From positions 1-36,789 of the IMG/VR virus record IMGVR_UViG_3300020165_002742: 36,789 bases of DNA; one strand, given 5' to 3'. Under the pieces are notes generated by a model that had not been told where the DNA came from, made no database searches, and was given only the letters and a program-made list of their open reading frames with translations. The translations under genes and the position numbers were made by a program. Shown here one piece after another: positions 17,767 through 25,395 of this stretch (its first letter is position 1; every line of letters starts with the position of its first letter). This DNA is from a virus (Duplodnaviria; Caudoviricetes).

Positions 17767-20396
17767 AAATTAATACCTTTCTCTATAATTAGAGCCATTA
17801 CTTCTTCAATTATACTATTATTAGCTTTTTCTTGCAGATTTTTGCGTTTTTTTCTACGCGACGAAGATTGCAAAGGGACGTTGCCCCCAGCGCCTCCTGT
17901 CATGTGGCCACCACCAACAGTTGATGTTTCATCAACGTTTGGCTTGGCGCTATGCGGCAGATCGAGTGAAGACAAGACAGGGATCAGTTTCTCGCCAAAG
18001 AATGAATACAACAACTTCATAGCTGTTCCATGCCGCGGCCCCCCTAAATATGACATCAGGTACCTAGCGTCACTAGCACTCAGATCACGCAAATCAATAC
18101 GTTTTTTGTTGCTTGGAAGTTCTTTCAAAATGTCTTTGTTTTCATCAGAAGTTAAAATCTCTATATAATTATCATCATGTCTGTAAGGTTTTACCGGTAC
18201 ACTATCAACAGTAACACCAGGCATAACTCTTTTATCGGAATTTTTGATAATGTCTTCCCACCTACCAGCATCGCCTCCCTTAGTAGACGCTCCCAATATA
18301 ACATGATCCCCCTCACTGACTTTGCCAATATTAGGAGATAAGAAATCATAAACAGCAGATACCGGAGAAGCAGTAGTGACGGGTAATACTTTGACATTGC
18401 CGACTTGACCAAGATACAAATTTAGTATTTCCTCTGCGTCAGTTCTTTTCATCACTTTACCATTCGCTAGCGCCCTTTCGTTTTTGGGATTTTCCGGCTC
18501 GGAGACTAATACTAATACTTCGCCTTTATCGCCGGCCAAGCGGTTAACCATATCAGAGTATTGAGCCACCATATATACATGCCCTAAATGTCCGGGCTTA
18601 AAAGACCCAGGTACTAAGGCGTAAGTCATCCCACCGCCAATTGGGCCAACCGGATCGCCATCTTCATCGTCATCAGTTACCGTTATTAATATGTCATCAT
18701 CATCCTCATCATGCTCACCTAAACGCGGCATATGCGGCGGGTTTGGATCCGAAGAGTATTTGTCTTTTGGAAAGTCACCTTTCTTTTCTAATAGTGAATT
18801 TACATGTTCGTAAACTGCGTTGTAAATCGTTTCTGAGGCGTTTTCTTGTTTAACTATGTCTACTATTGCCTTACCGCCCATAATGTCCTCAAAGACAAAG
18901 GAAGGCAGCTTCTGATAGGAATGCTTTGCATTAGCAGCTTCTAACAACCATTCTTGCAGAGACTTAGTAATTGAGGTCTCATTAGAGATTTTAATTGTAA
19001 ATGGTGTTGATAGGTTATATGATGATTCTCTCACTGCATAAACGCCCTTATTGCCATCAACAATAAACTCTCCTGTTATTTTGAATACATTACTCGTTGT
19101 TTTATCACCAAACTGCATGCCGGGATTAATGACAACACCTTCTTGGTCAACTGTATTTCCAAACTTATCGTATTTTGTAATTAAAGACTGTTTAGTGGTA
19201 TTTCCTAATCTTCTAGCAGCTTCGTAAAATATCGCGCCATAAACAGCTTTTTCGCAATCATCTAAGGCCCCACTAAAATCACAACCTTCTTCCCCTATCG
19301 GGACTATATTGTCTAATGGCACCTGCCTATCTATTAGCTGGTCATGCATCCATTTGGTGAACGGACCCTTTTTTGAACCATCAACAAGAGTTATGTCTGG
19401 TTTATAGGGAAAATTAACTGCCATTTCAAGCCAGCTTTTCAAAGATTTAGCAACAGGTCGATCCGCACTAATTCGTATAGTAAGTTTGCTATTCAACGTA
19501 TATTCGATATTTTTTTGTAATTGATTGATAGCTGATTGGGTTGCAGATGCTATATCTTTTTCGGAAGCATCATCACCCAACTCATGGTCAACCCTTACTC
19601 CCAAATCTCCGGGCCCAAGAATAGCATAAGTTGCTCCAGCAGAATTAAGGGGCGCGTTTTCTCGACACAGTTCAGCTAATTCATCAAGAACGTTAGGATC
19701 AAATTTAATTGACACACTAACATCGGTGGAAACTTTGTCTATTAAAGTACCATCTTCAGCATATGCTTTTATTGTGGGGCGCTCAGCCCCGGGCCGCTTG
19801 ACGACTCCTTTTCTAGCTACTTGGTAATATTGACTTATATTTAAAAATGTTATTGAATCAAAAGAATAATAAATTGCATTAGCTCGACCAAGACCTGTCT
19901 CCGGGTTGATGTCATCTTCTTTTCTTTGAATATATTCTATATTAATAAATTTGGTTGGATCTGCGATTCCATTTTCGTCGATCAAAGTTAAATTACGAAG
20001 GATTGCCTCTACTCTTTCTGGATTTGAGTCGTAGGTCTTTTGCATCATATTAATTAAACCAGCAGAAGACATTGCTAGCCCATCATTGAATTTTACTTCT
20101 CCACTCTTCTTAACTTTTGTGAATCGTTGTTTTAACTTGTCTAAAGTAACTCCATTGACGTCAAGAGGGGAATGTGACCCCCTATCAATTGCAAACTGTA
20201 TTTTGCCGTCTTCGCGCTGCACAACTTTGATTGCATTGTTGCTACCGTCAAGCTTTAGGCTTGATCCTTGACCGCTAGTGAATTCTTCCGAACGCAAATA
20301 ATCAGGTATGGCTCTAAAAAGAGCTATAATATCTTTTCCGGTTTCTACCTCATCCAAATCATGCGGATGGCGCATATGCCCACCAGAACCACCCAT
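17763..20396 (-). CDS. Large phage protein: DUF6267-like N-terminus plus C-terminal cytidylyltransferase-like domain
   Basis: GHMRHPHD, KLDG, EGVV...FKITG; PGSFKPGHLGH (HxGH), LGASTKGGD, LSASDAR. Confidence 0.75.
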   Translation of the reverse strand: MGGSGGHMRHPHDLDEVETGKDIIALFRAIPDYLRSEEFTSGQGSSLKLDGSNNAIKVVQREDGKIQFAIDRGSHSPLDVNGVTLDKLKQRFTKVKKSGEVKFNDGLAMSSAGLINMMQKTYDSNPERVEAILRNLTLIDENGIADPTKFINIEYIQRKEDDINPETGLGRANAIYYSFDSITFLNISQYYQVARKGVVKRPGAERPTIKAYAEDGTLIDKVSTDVSVSIKFDPNVLDELAELCRENAPLNSAGATYAILGPGDLGVRVDHELGDDASEKDIASATQSAINQLQKNIEYTLNSKLTIRISADRPVAKSLKSWLEMAVNFPYKPDITLVDGSKKGPFTKWMHDQLIDRQVPLDNIVPIGEEGCDFSGALDDCEKAVYGAIFYEAARRLGNTTKQSLITKYDKFGNTVDQEGVVINPGMQFGDKTTSNVFKITGEFIVDGNKGVYAVRESSYNLSTPFTIKISNETSITKSLQEWLLEAANAKHSYQKLPSFVFEDIMGGKAIVDIVKQENASETIYNAVYEHVNSLLEKKGDFPKDKYSSDPNPPHMPRLGEHDEDDDDILITVTDDDEDGDPVGPIGGGMTYALVPGSFKPGHLGHVYMVAQYSDMVNRLAGDKGEVLVLVSEPENPKNERALANGKVMKRTDAEEILNLYLGQVGNVKVLPVTTASPVSAVYDFLSPNIGKVSEGDHVILGASTKGGDAGRWEDIIKNSDKRVMPGVTVDSVPVKPYRHDDNYIEILTSDENKDILKELPSNKKRIDLRDLSASDARYLMSYLGGPRHGTAMKLLYSFFGEKLIPVLSSLDLPHSAKPNVDETSTVGGGHMTGGAGGNVPLQSSSRRKKRKNLQEKANNSIIEEVMALIIEKGINL

Positions 20397-20650
20397 TATT
20401 CAATATCCTTTGATTCTTCTAATATAACCAGCTGCTCTTTTAAGGTATAGATTTGATTTTCCATTCTTTTTGCATACTTACGTATTTCTTGCAGCTGTGA
20501 TTTAGCTAGAGTGATCCTACGCTTATCGGTAACTGTTTTAGGTTTAAAATTGGATATAATCTCTTTTAAACCTTGTAGATATGTAAAAATGGTTTTATCT
20601 TCTATCGATTCATCTAAAATGAACTTTTGCCATTCGTTGTCAATTGACAT
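20396..20650 (-). CDS. Small coiled-coil protein with WxxFxxE leader
   Basis: MSIDNEWQKFILDES; coupled to the downstream gene. Confidence 0.7.
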   Translation of the reverse strand: MSIDNEWQKFILDESIEDKTIFTYLQGLKEIISNFKPKTVTDKRRITLAKSQLQEIRKYAKRMENQIYTLKEQLVILEESKDIE

Positions 20651-20662
20651 GTTAGTCAGTTC

Positions 20663-20917
20663 CTATTTGTTATTTTGTTTTTTTGTAACTTTTTTGCTGA
20701 TTGCTTCTTTTGTAATAACTTTTTTAGGAGCAACAACTTTCTTCGTTTCAACTTTCTTTTCTGGTTTTGGAGCAACAGGCGCCTTTTTTGGCGCCTCTGT
20801 AACGACAGGCTCTTTAGTCACTGCAACCTTCTTGGGTGCTTCTGCAGTAGTAGCTGCCGCATCTGCTGCAGCTTTAATTCTTCTTCTTTGGACCAATCTT
20901 TTCCAACTTTTACCCAT
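20663..20917 (-). CDS. Lys/Ala/Pro-rich, histone-H1-like low-complexity protein
   Basis: APKK/VTKK repeats, GGAGG RBS. Confidence 0.7.
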   Translation of the reverse strand: MGKSWKRLVQRRRIKAAADAAATTAEAPKKVAVTKEPVVTEAPKKAPVAPKPEKKVETKKVVAPKKVITKEAISKKVTKKQNNK

Positions 20918-20918
20918 T

Positions 20919-22136
20919 TTAGTTTCCTCCTTCTGAGCTATCTAATTCTTGCATAAATTCTTCTTCATTATCCATTTCAATGGCCGCCACATCACCAGTT
21001 AGCCCACGCAGTTCTTCAACAGCAGCAAGGATCTTATCGATAATCGCATCCATATCCATTTCATCACCGAAACCATCTTCAACGTCGGCGCCAAACTCCT
21101 CTTCTGGGTGCATGTCCATATCGCCACATCCACCTTCCTCTAACTCGTCCTCTTGGCCTTCGCCGCGAACTAGACGATCGCCGTTAGATACTCGACCTAC
21201 TGCTCGATTCGCAGTCTTGCTAGCTTCTTTGACATCGCCTTTAGCTTTCTTAATTGCCTTGTCCCTAGAACCCATAAATTCGGCTTCGCCACTTTCTACT
21301 TTTCCATCACCATCATAATCTTTTTTAGCTTTCGGGCTTTTTTTAGCTTTTTTAGCTTTCGGGTGTTTTTCTGCATCGTCTCTTTTTCCGTGCTCCATAC
21401 CTTCTACAACTTGCATGTCCGATACTGATACATTCCTGATAATAGAACCATCTTCAAATTTTAAATCGTACTCGGTTACTTCGTTGACGCTCTTATCCCA
21501 GTTGTGGTCAACTGTAACTGCTTTTCGTCCTTCGTGGATTACGTGGTGTGCACAATAGTGACTAGGCGCGAATATGCGGTCAGTTGCATTTTCGTCCAAA
21601 TCGTATTCTTTTTTAGTTTCATTTAATTTGCTGAGATCCATTTTGAATCCCCATGCTTCGGAAAGAAGATTTTTTAGTTCTCCGTCCTTCCATTTTTTTG
21701 TCGACATATTATTAGCTCCTTTTTGTAAATATTCGTAATAAATAGTGTTATTTTCTTGTAAAAGGTCAGTAAAATCACGTAAGCACATGCTGCCATCACG
21801 ATTTGCTTCTGCCTCTAGGCTTCTAAGATGCGGGTTCTTTTGAGCGTATCCTTTGCCAGAATAGCCGGCATTTGCAAACTTACCTTGGCAATTTTGCTTA
21901 TGATGCACGAGTTCATGACCTAGAGAACGTAAAATATCTTTAGGGTGTCGGTTGGTCACATACAATGTAACACATCTTGATTCAGGGTCATAATAGGCAG
22001 TTAAGCCAAGAGGATTTTTAGCATTTTCGTAATCTTGTTTCAAAAACAGCTTAGGCGGCTTTTCGAATCCTATATGCTTTTGAGCATAAGGCATAAATTG
22101 CTTTATAAGAGATACTAAATTTTGATTATCTTGCAT
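20919..22136 (-). CDS. HExxH metallopeptidase fused to an acidic head-core-like region
   Basis: LGHELVHHKQ...EAEAN; DYDGDGKVES; acidic C-terminus; likely internal start at 21707. Confidence 0.78.
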   Translation of the reverse strand: MQDNQNLVSLIKQFMPYAQKHIGFEKPPKLFLKQDYENAKNPLGLTAYYDPESRCVTLYVTNRHPKDILRSLGHELVHHKQNCQGKFANAGYSGKGYAQKNPHLRSLEAEANRDGSMCLRDFTDLLQENNTIYYEYLQKGANNMSTKKWKDGELKNLLSEAWGFKMDLSKLNETKKEYDLDENATDRIFAPSHYCAHHVIHEGRKAVTVDHNWDKSVNEVTEYDLKFEDGSIIRNVSVSDMQVVEGMEHGKRDDAEKHPKAKKAKKSPKAKKDYDGDGKVESGEAEFMGSRDKAIKKAKGDVKEASKTANRAVGRVSNGDRLVRGEGQEDELEEGGCGDMDMHPEEEFGADVEDGFGDEMDMDAIIDKILAAVEELRGLTGDVAAIEMDNEEEFMQELDSSEGGN

Positions 22137-22155
22137 AATAAAAAAACCTTCTAAG

Positions 22156-22163
22156 TAAATAGT
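22156..22163 (-). promoter_or_regulatory. Putative late-promoter motif ACTATTTA (one of about ten)
   Basis: Same motif at 21739-21746, 23527-23534, 32845-32852, 16273-16279, each shortly upstream of a start. Confidence 0.6.
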
Positions 22164-22429
22164 TACTCATTTTCGTTTTCGTTTGTGGTCTTAGAAACTA
22201 GTTTTAAGCTAGCAGTAAAAAATTCTATTTCTTCTCGCGGCCCATTAATTGGAATCACTGTTGAAACAGAGACTAACCTATTGCTGCGAAATTTGTTGTC
22301 TATACTAGCAATAATTCCATAGCTTATTAGCCAAACTTCTTCATTGTTGCTGTAAGTGGACCATTCAACTATATCGCCTATACTGAATGTTTCGGCTGTA
22401 AGCTCCCCAAAATGTGGTTTCTTTTTCAT
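22163..22429 (-). CDS. Small KOW/SH3-like paralogue
   Basis: FSIGDIVEW...YGIIASI...LKLVS. Confidence 0.7.
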   Translation of the reverse strand: MKKKPHFGELTAETFSIGDIVEWSTYSNNEEVWLISYGIIASIDNKFRSNRLVSVSTVIPINGPREEIEFFTASLKLVSKTTNENENE

Positions 22430-22458
22430 TGTTTCAATACTACACTAAAAAAATACTT

Positions 22459-22602
22459 CTATTCTTTCTTAATTAGAACAAAAAGTATAGAAGCGAGTAA
22501 AGTAACGACAGTAAATTCAAAATCTAAAAATGCAAAAGACACCCATGCACCAATTAGTGTTATCAGGCCGACCCAAAAAGCATGCCTAAAGTGAAATAGC
22601 AT
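22459..22602 (-). CDS. 47-aa two-TM membrane peptide (not in ORF track)
   Basis: MLFHFRHAFWVGLITLIGAWVSFAFLDFEFTVVTLLASILFVLIKKE; TGATG coupling. Confidence 0.65.
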   Translation of the reverse strand: MLFHFRHAFWVGLITLIGAWVSFAFLDFEFTVVTLLASILFVLIKKE

Positions 22603-22898
22603 CAGTCATATCCAGTATGTAAAAGTTCATCTTTGTGTATTTTAACAATTTTTCCCGTTAATGTGTATATCAATATACGTTCTCTATCATCTAATTCGTC
22701 ATCTATAATAAAAGCTTTCTGACCTCGAACAACTTTAGTAAAGTTTCTGTCGTATGGCTGATAACAATACAGGTAGCCTTTATTGGCGTCTTTGATCGCA
22801 ACTTCTGGTAAAAGCTCGTCGTCTTCCTCTAAAGACCCAGCAATCTGTTTTATGATTATCTTTACTTTTTCTTTTATTTGTTTAACATTGGTCATCAA
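22602..22898 (-). CDS. Hypothetical protein
   Basis: ORF overlapping both neighbours in the operon. Confidence 0.65.
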   Translation of the reverse strand: MMTNVKQIKEKVKIIIKQIAGSLEEDDELLPEVAIKDANKGYLYCYQPYDRNFTKVVRGQKAFIIDDELDDRERILIYTLTGKIVKIHKDELLHTGYD

Positions 22899-23151
22899 TG
22901 TAACTAGAATTCAATAATGACAAACTGGTGTCAACGTGCCTTGTAGCTATCGTTTCGATGTTCAAAAGAAAGGCTTTATTTAGTTCTGAGAAAATATCTG
23001 CTTCTTTTTCCATAAAGAAATTTTTATTATAAGAGGTCCATTTTACTGTAAAACCTTCAGTGGTATTAGAGATTACTATCCCAATTTTTATAGGGCCTTC
23101 AATAGAAGGGTGATTTTTGGCTATTAAATCCCCTGTTTTTAGGGTCAACAT
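22882..23151 (-). CDS. Small KOW/SH3-like paralogue
   Basis: LKTGDLIAK...IGIVIS...FTVKW. Confidence 0.65.
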   Translation of the reverse strand: MLTLKTGDLIAKNHPSIEGPIKIGIVISNTTEGFTVKWTSYNKNFFMEKEADIFSELNKAFLLNIETIATRHVDTSLSLLNSSYIDDQC

Positions 23152-23185
23152 ATTTCTAATGTAACACAACTGTATTTATATGCAA

Positions 23186-23509
23186 CTAAATTATGTGAGC
23201 GTATGCAAGGATAAAACCAGTAATTGCTTGTGCTATCATAAAAATAGTAATTGCTTTTGTCTTAAATTCTTTTAATTCTTCTAAATCCTCAAGCGCACTT
23301 TTTAGTTGTGGTGGTGAAGCCACATCATCCATTTTCTCTTTCCACGCTTTTAAATCTTGAACGCGGTCTTCCTTGGCTTTTAATTCTGTAAGCTGGTTCT
23401 TGACATCTTGTAATTCTGTACGTAAAACATCAATACCGGTCGCCATTGATTCTAATTGTTGTAAAACTAACTTTGAGTAGGTTTCCCACCCATTTCCAAT
23501 ATTGGCCAT
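23186..23509 (-). CDS. Coiled-coil protein with C-terminal TM anchor
   Basis: Heptad-rich body, hydrophobic C-terminus, GGAGGAG RBS. Confidence 0.75.
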   Translation of the reverse strand: MANIGNGWETYSKLVLQQLESMATGIDVLRTELQDVKNQLTELKAKEDRVQDLKAWKEKMDDVASPPQLKSALEDLEELKEFKTKAITIFMIAQAITGFILAYAHII

Positions 23510-23558
23510 TATTGCTCCTCCATACTTAAATAGTCAATCATGGCGCAACAAATTTATA

Positions 23559-24146
23559 TTAATTTTCGTCGACTATATTTTCGGCAATATCTTTTGCGTA
23601 ATCTACTTTTCTTGCTCTAATTGCCACATCTGGATACTCGTCAGCCAGTGCTTGAACCGCTTTAACATTTTTTCCAGCATCATCAAAAAATAAAACATCT
23701 GTGGCCCCATCTTCGATACGACTGGCGATCCACGCGGCTTTACGTTCCGCAGCCGAGTCTCCCAAAAGAGCAAATGTGATTTTTGAAGTATCAATTCCTA
23801 TGCTTTCAAGATACTTTCTAATAGGTTCCTCAGCATTCTCATGGCGCGCCGTTAATATTACAATTTCGCGCCCATCAGTCCCAGCATTAATTGTATTGTG
23901 AAGAATGTTGGTAATTTGCTGAATTTCTCTGGGATTGATGACATAATCAAACTCTGTGAAATCATACTCGTATTCAGGATTGATAGTGTGGACAGCATAC
24001 TCTTCAGGAGTCATAACCATTTCCTTGCCGTCATCAGTGGTAACGTAGATTTTAGAATCTGATTTTACAATTGTATCATCAAAGTCAAAAACACGAAGCT
24101 TTGATTCATTTAAATACTTTCTCCAATTTTCAATTAAAAGTTTCAC
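23559..24146 (-). CDS. HAD-superfamily phosphatase with MKLLIENWRKYLNE leader
   Basis: VFDFDDT, ILTAR, K, FFDD...N motifs. Confidence 0.85.
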   Translation of the reverse strand: MKLLIENWRKYLNESKLRVFDFDDTIVKSDSKIYVTTDDGKEMVMTPEEYAVHTINPEYEYDFTEFDYVINPREIQQITNILHNTINAGTDGREIVILTARHENAEEPIRKYLESIGIDTSKITFALLGDSAAERKAAWIASRIEDGATDVLFFDDAGKNVKAVQALADEYPDVAIRARKVDYAKDIAENIVDEN

Positions 24147-24343
24147 TTGTCTTTCTTCTTCATCTTGGTCACATCTTGTGTTTTGTCAACTAAGACATTT
24201 GATTTAACAATAAACTTTAAAATTCTTTTTAATTCTTTGTCGTCAGTTTTATCTGCAAAATCTCTCACATAATCTAAATCTTTTTGAGATAGCCCATGAG
24301 CTTCGTTTAAATATTCGCTCCAATTTTCAAGTAGGAGTTTCAT
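24143..24343 (-). CDS. Small protein with MKLLLENWSEYLNE leader
   Basis: Shared leader; translational coupling. Confidence 0.75.
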   Translation of the reverse strand: MKLLLENWSEYLNEAHGLSQKDLDYVRDFADKTDDKELKRILKFIVKSNVLVDKTQDVTKMKKKDK

Positions 24344-24882
24344 TAGCGTGAAACCAGTACCGCCGGTACTTGATTAGTAGCTACTGTAAACTGTACTGTG
24401 GTACCGTTTTGTACCTTGAACTTGAATGTTGTTTTCCCACTTTTCGCGTCCGTATTCTGATCCATAAGCCCGTATTTGGTCAATATATCTAGACGTTTAA
24501 ATTTATCTTTGCCGGCAGCTTCAAGCTCTTGGGCCATTTTGGCTAATGAATCATAGGCACCTTGAGCATCGGCGGCTAACTTTTCGCTAGTTTTTTCGTC
24601 CCCCATATCAAACTTAGAATCGCCAGTCTCCATGGACATCGATGACATTTCTTTATCAAACTCAGCCCATTTATCAGCGTGTGCGGGATTCGGAACCAGT
24701 GCGCCAGCTGCAGTTGCAATCAGCATCCCGGCTCCCACCATTTTTTTAACCCAACCGGGCATGGCTTCTTGAATTTGTTCTTCCGCAAGCTGCACGTTAT
24801 TTTCTTTTATATATTGTAAAATAACGTCTTTGACAGCATCTTCGTGTAGAAAGCTGCGCCAGTTTTCTATTAAAAGTTTCAT
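24343..24882 (-). CDS. Protein with MKLLIENWRSFLHE leader and internal signal-peptide-like segment
   Basis: Leader, then MPGWVKKMVGAGMLIATAAGALVPNPAHA. Confidence 0.75.
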   Translation of the reverse strand: MKLLIENWRSFLHEDAVKDVILQYIKENNVQLAEEQIQEAMPGWVKKMVGAGMLIATAAGALVPNPAHADKWAEFDKEMSSMSMETGDSKFDMGDEKTSEKLAADAQGAYDSLAKMAQELEAAGKDKFKRLDILTKYGLMDQNTDAKSGKTTFKFKVQNGTTVQFTVATNQVPAVLVSR

Positions 24883-25124
24883 TTTATCTCCTGTACTGAT
24901 TTATCCATTTCATCGTCGAAGTCTGTGCGCAATCTAATCATAGGATTAAATTTAGCATGTTTTCGCTCTAAAAGCAGCGAACCTTGCGGTTTTACTAGCT
25001 CGCCTTCAATCTCAACGCCTTCGAAATCGATTTCAGTTCTTTGTTTATAAACAACTTTAGGCTCTTCTTCTTTGTCATCCGCGTACGCAGTACCGGAGAG
25101 TAAAAAAATCACTATATACTTCAT
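24879..25124 (-). CDS. cglF: Adventurous gliding motility protein CglF/GltF homologue
   Basis: Signal peptide (AYA), then VVYKQRTEIDFEGVEIEGELVKPQGS...FNPMIRLRTDFDDEMDKSV, matching the recalled CglF pattern. Confidence 0.8.
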   Translation of the reverse strand: MKYIVIFLLSGTAYADDKEEEPKVVYKQRTEIDFEGVEIEGELVKPQGSLLLERKHAKFNPMIRLRTDFDDEMDKSVQEIK

Positions 25125-25152
25125 TTTATATATTCCTCATCAAGTAAGTAGT

Positions 25153-25395
25153 TTAGTTATCGTAGGTTTCGTCAATTTTATCACCAATTAATGACTGGGC
25201 CTGTAACATATCTTGAGGGTTTACTTCTTTTAAGATAAGGTTGCCTGTTTTTGGTTCGAAGTACATCCCTATTAGATCACCAGTGGAAACACTCTTCATT
25301 TCTTTTTCAGTTAATACTATCTTACCGCCGCTCTTCTTAACCAGGATTGTGAGAATACTAAACAAATAGTCAGGGTCTTGGAGATATTTGCTCAT
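25153..25395 (-). CDS. Hypothetical protein
   Basis: Start MSKYLQD overlapping the upstream stop (ATGA). Confidence 0.7.
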   Translation of the reverse strand: MSKYLQDPDYLFSILTILVKKSGGKIVLTEKEMKSVSTGDLIGMYFEPKTGNLILKEVNPQDMLQAQSLIGDKIDETYDN

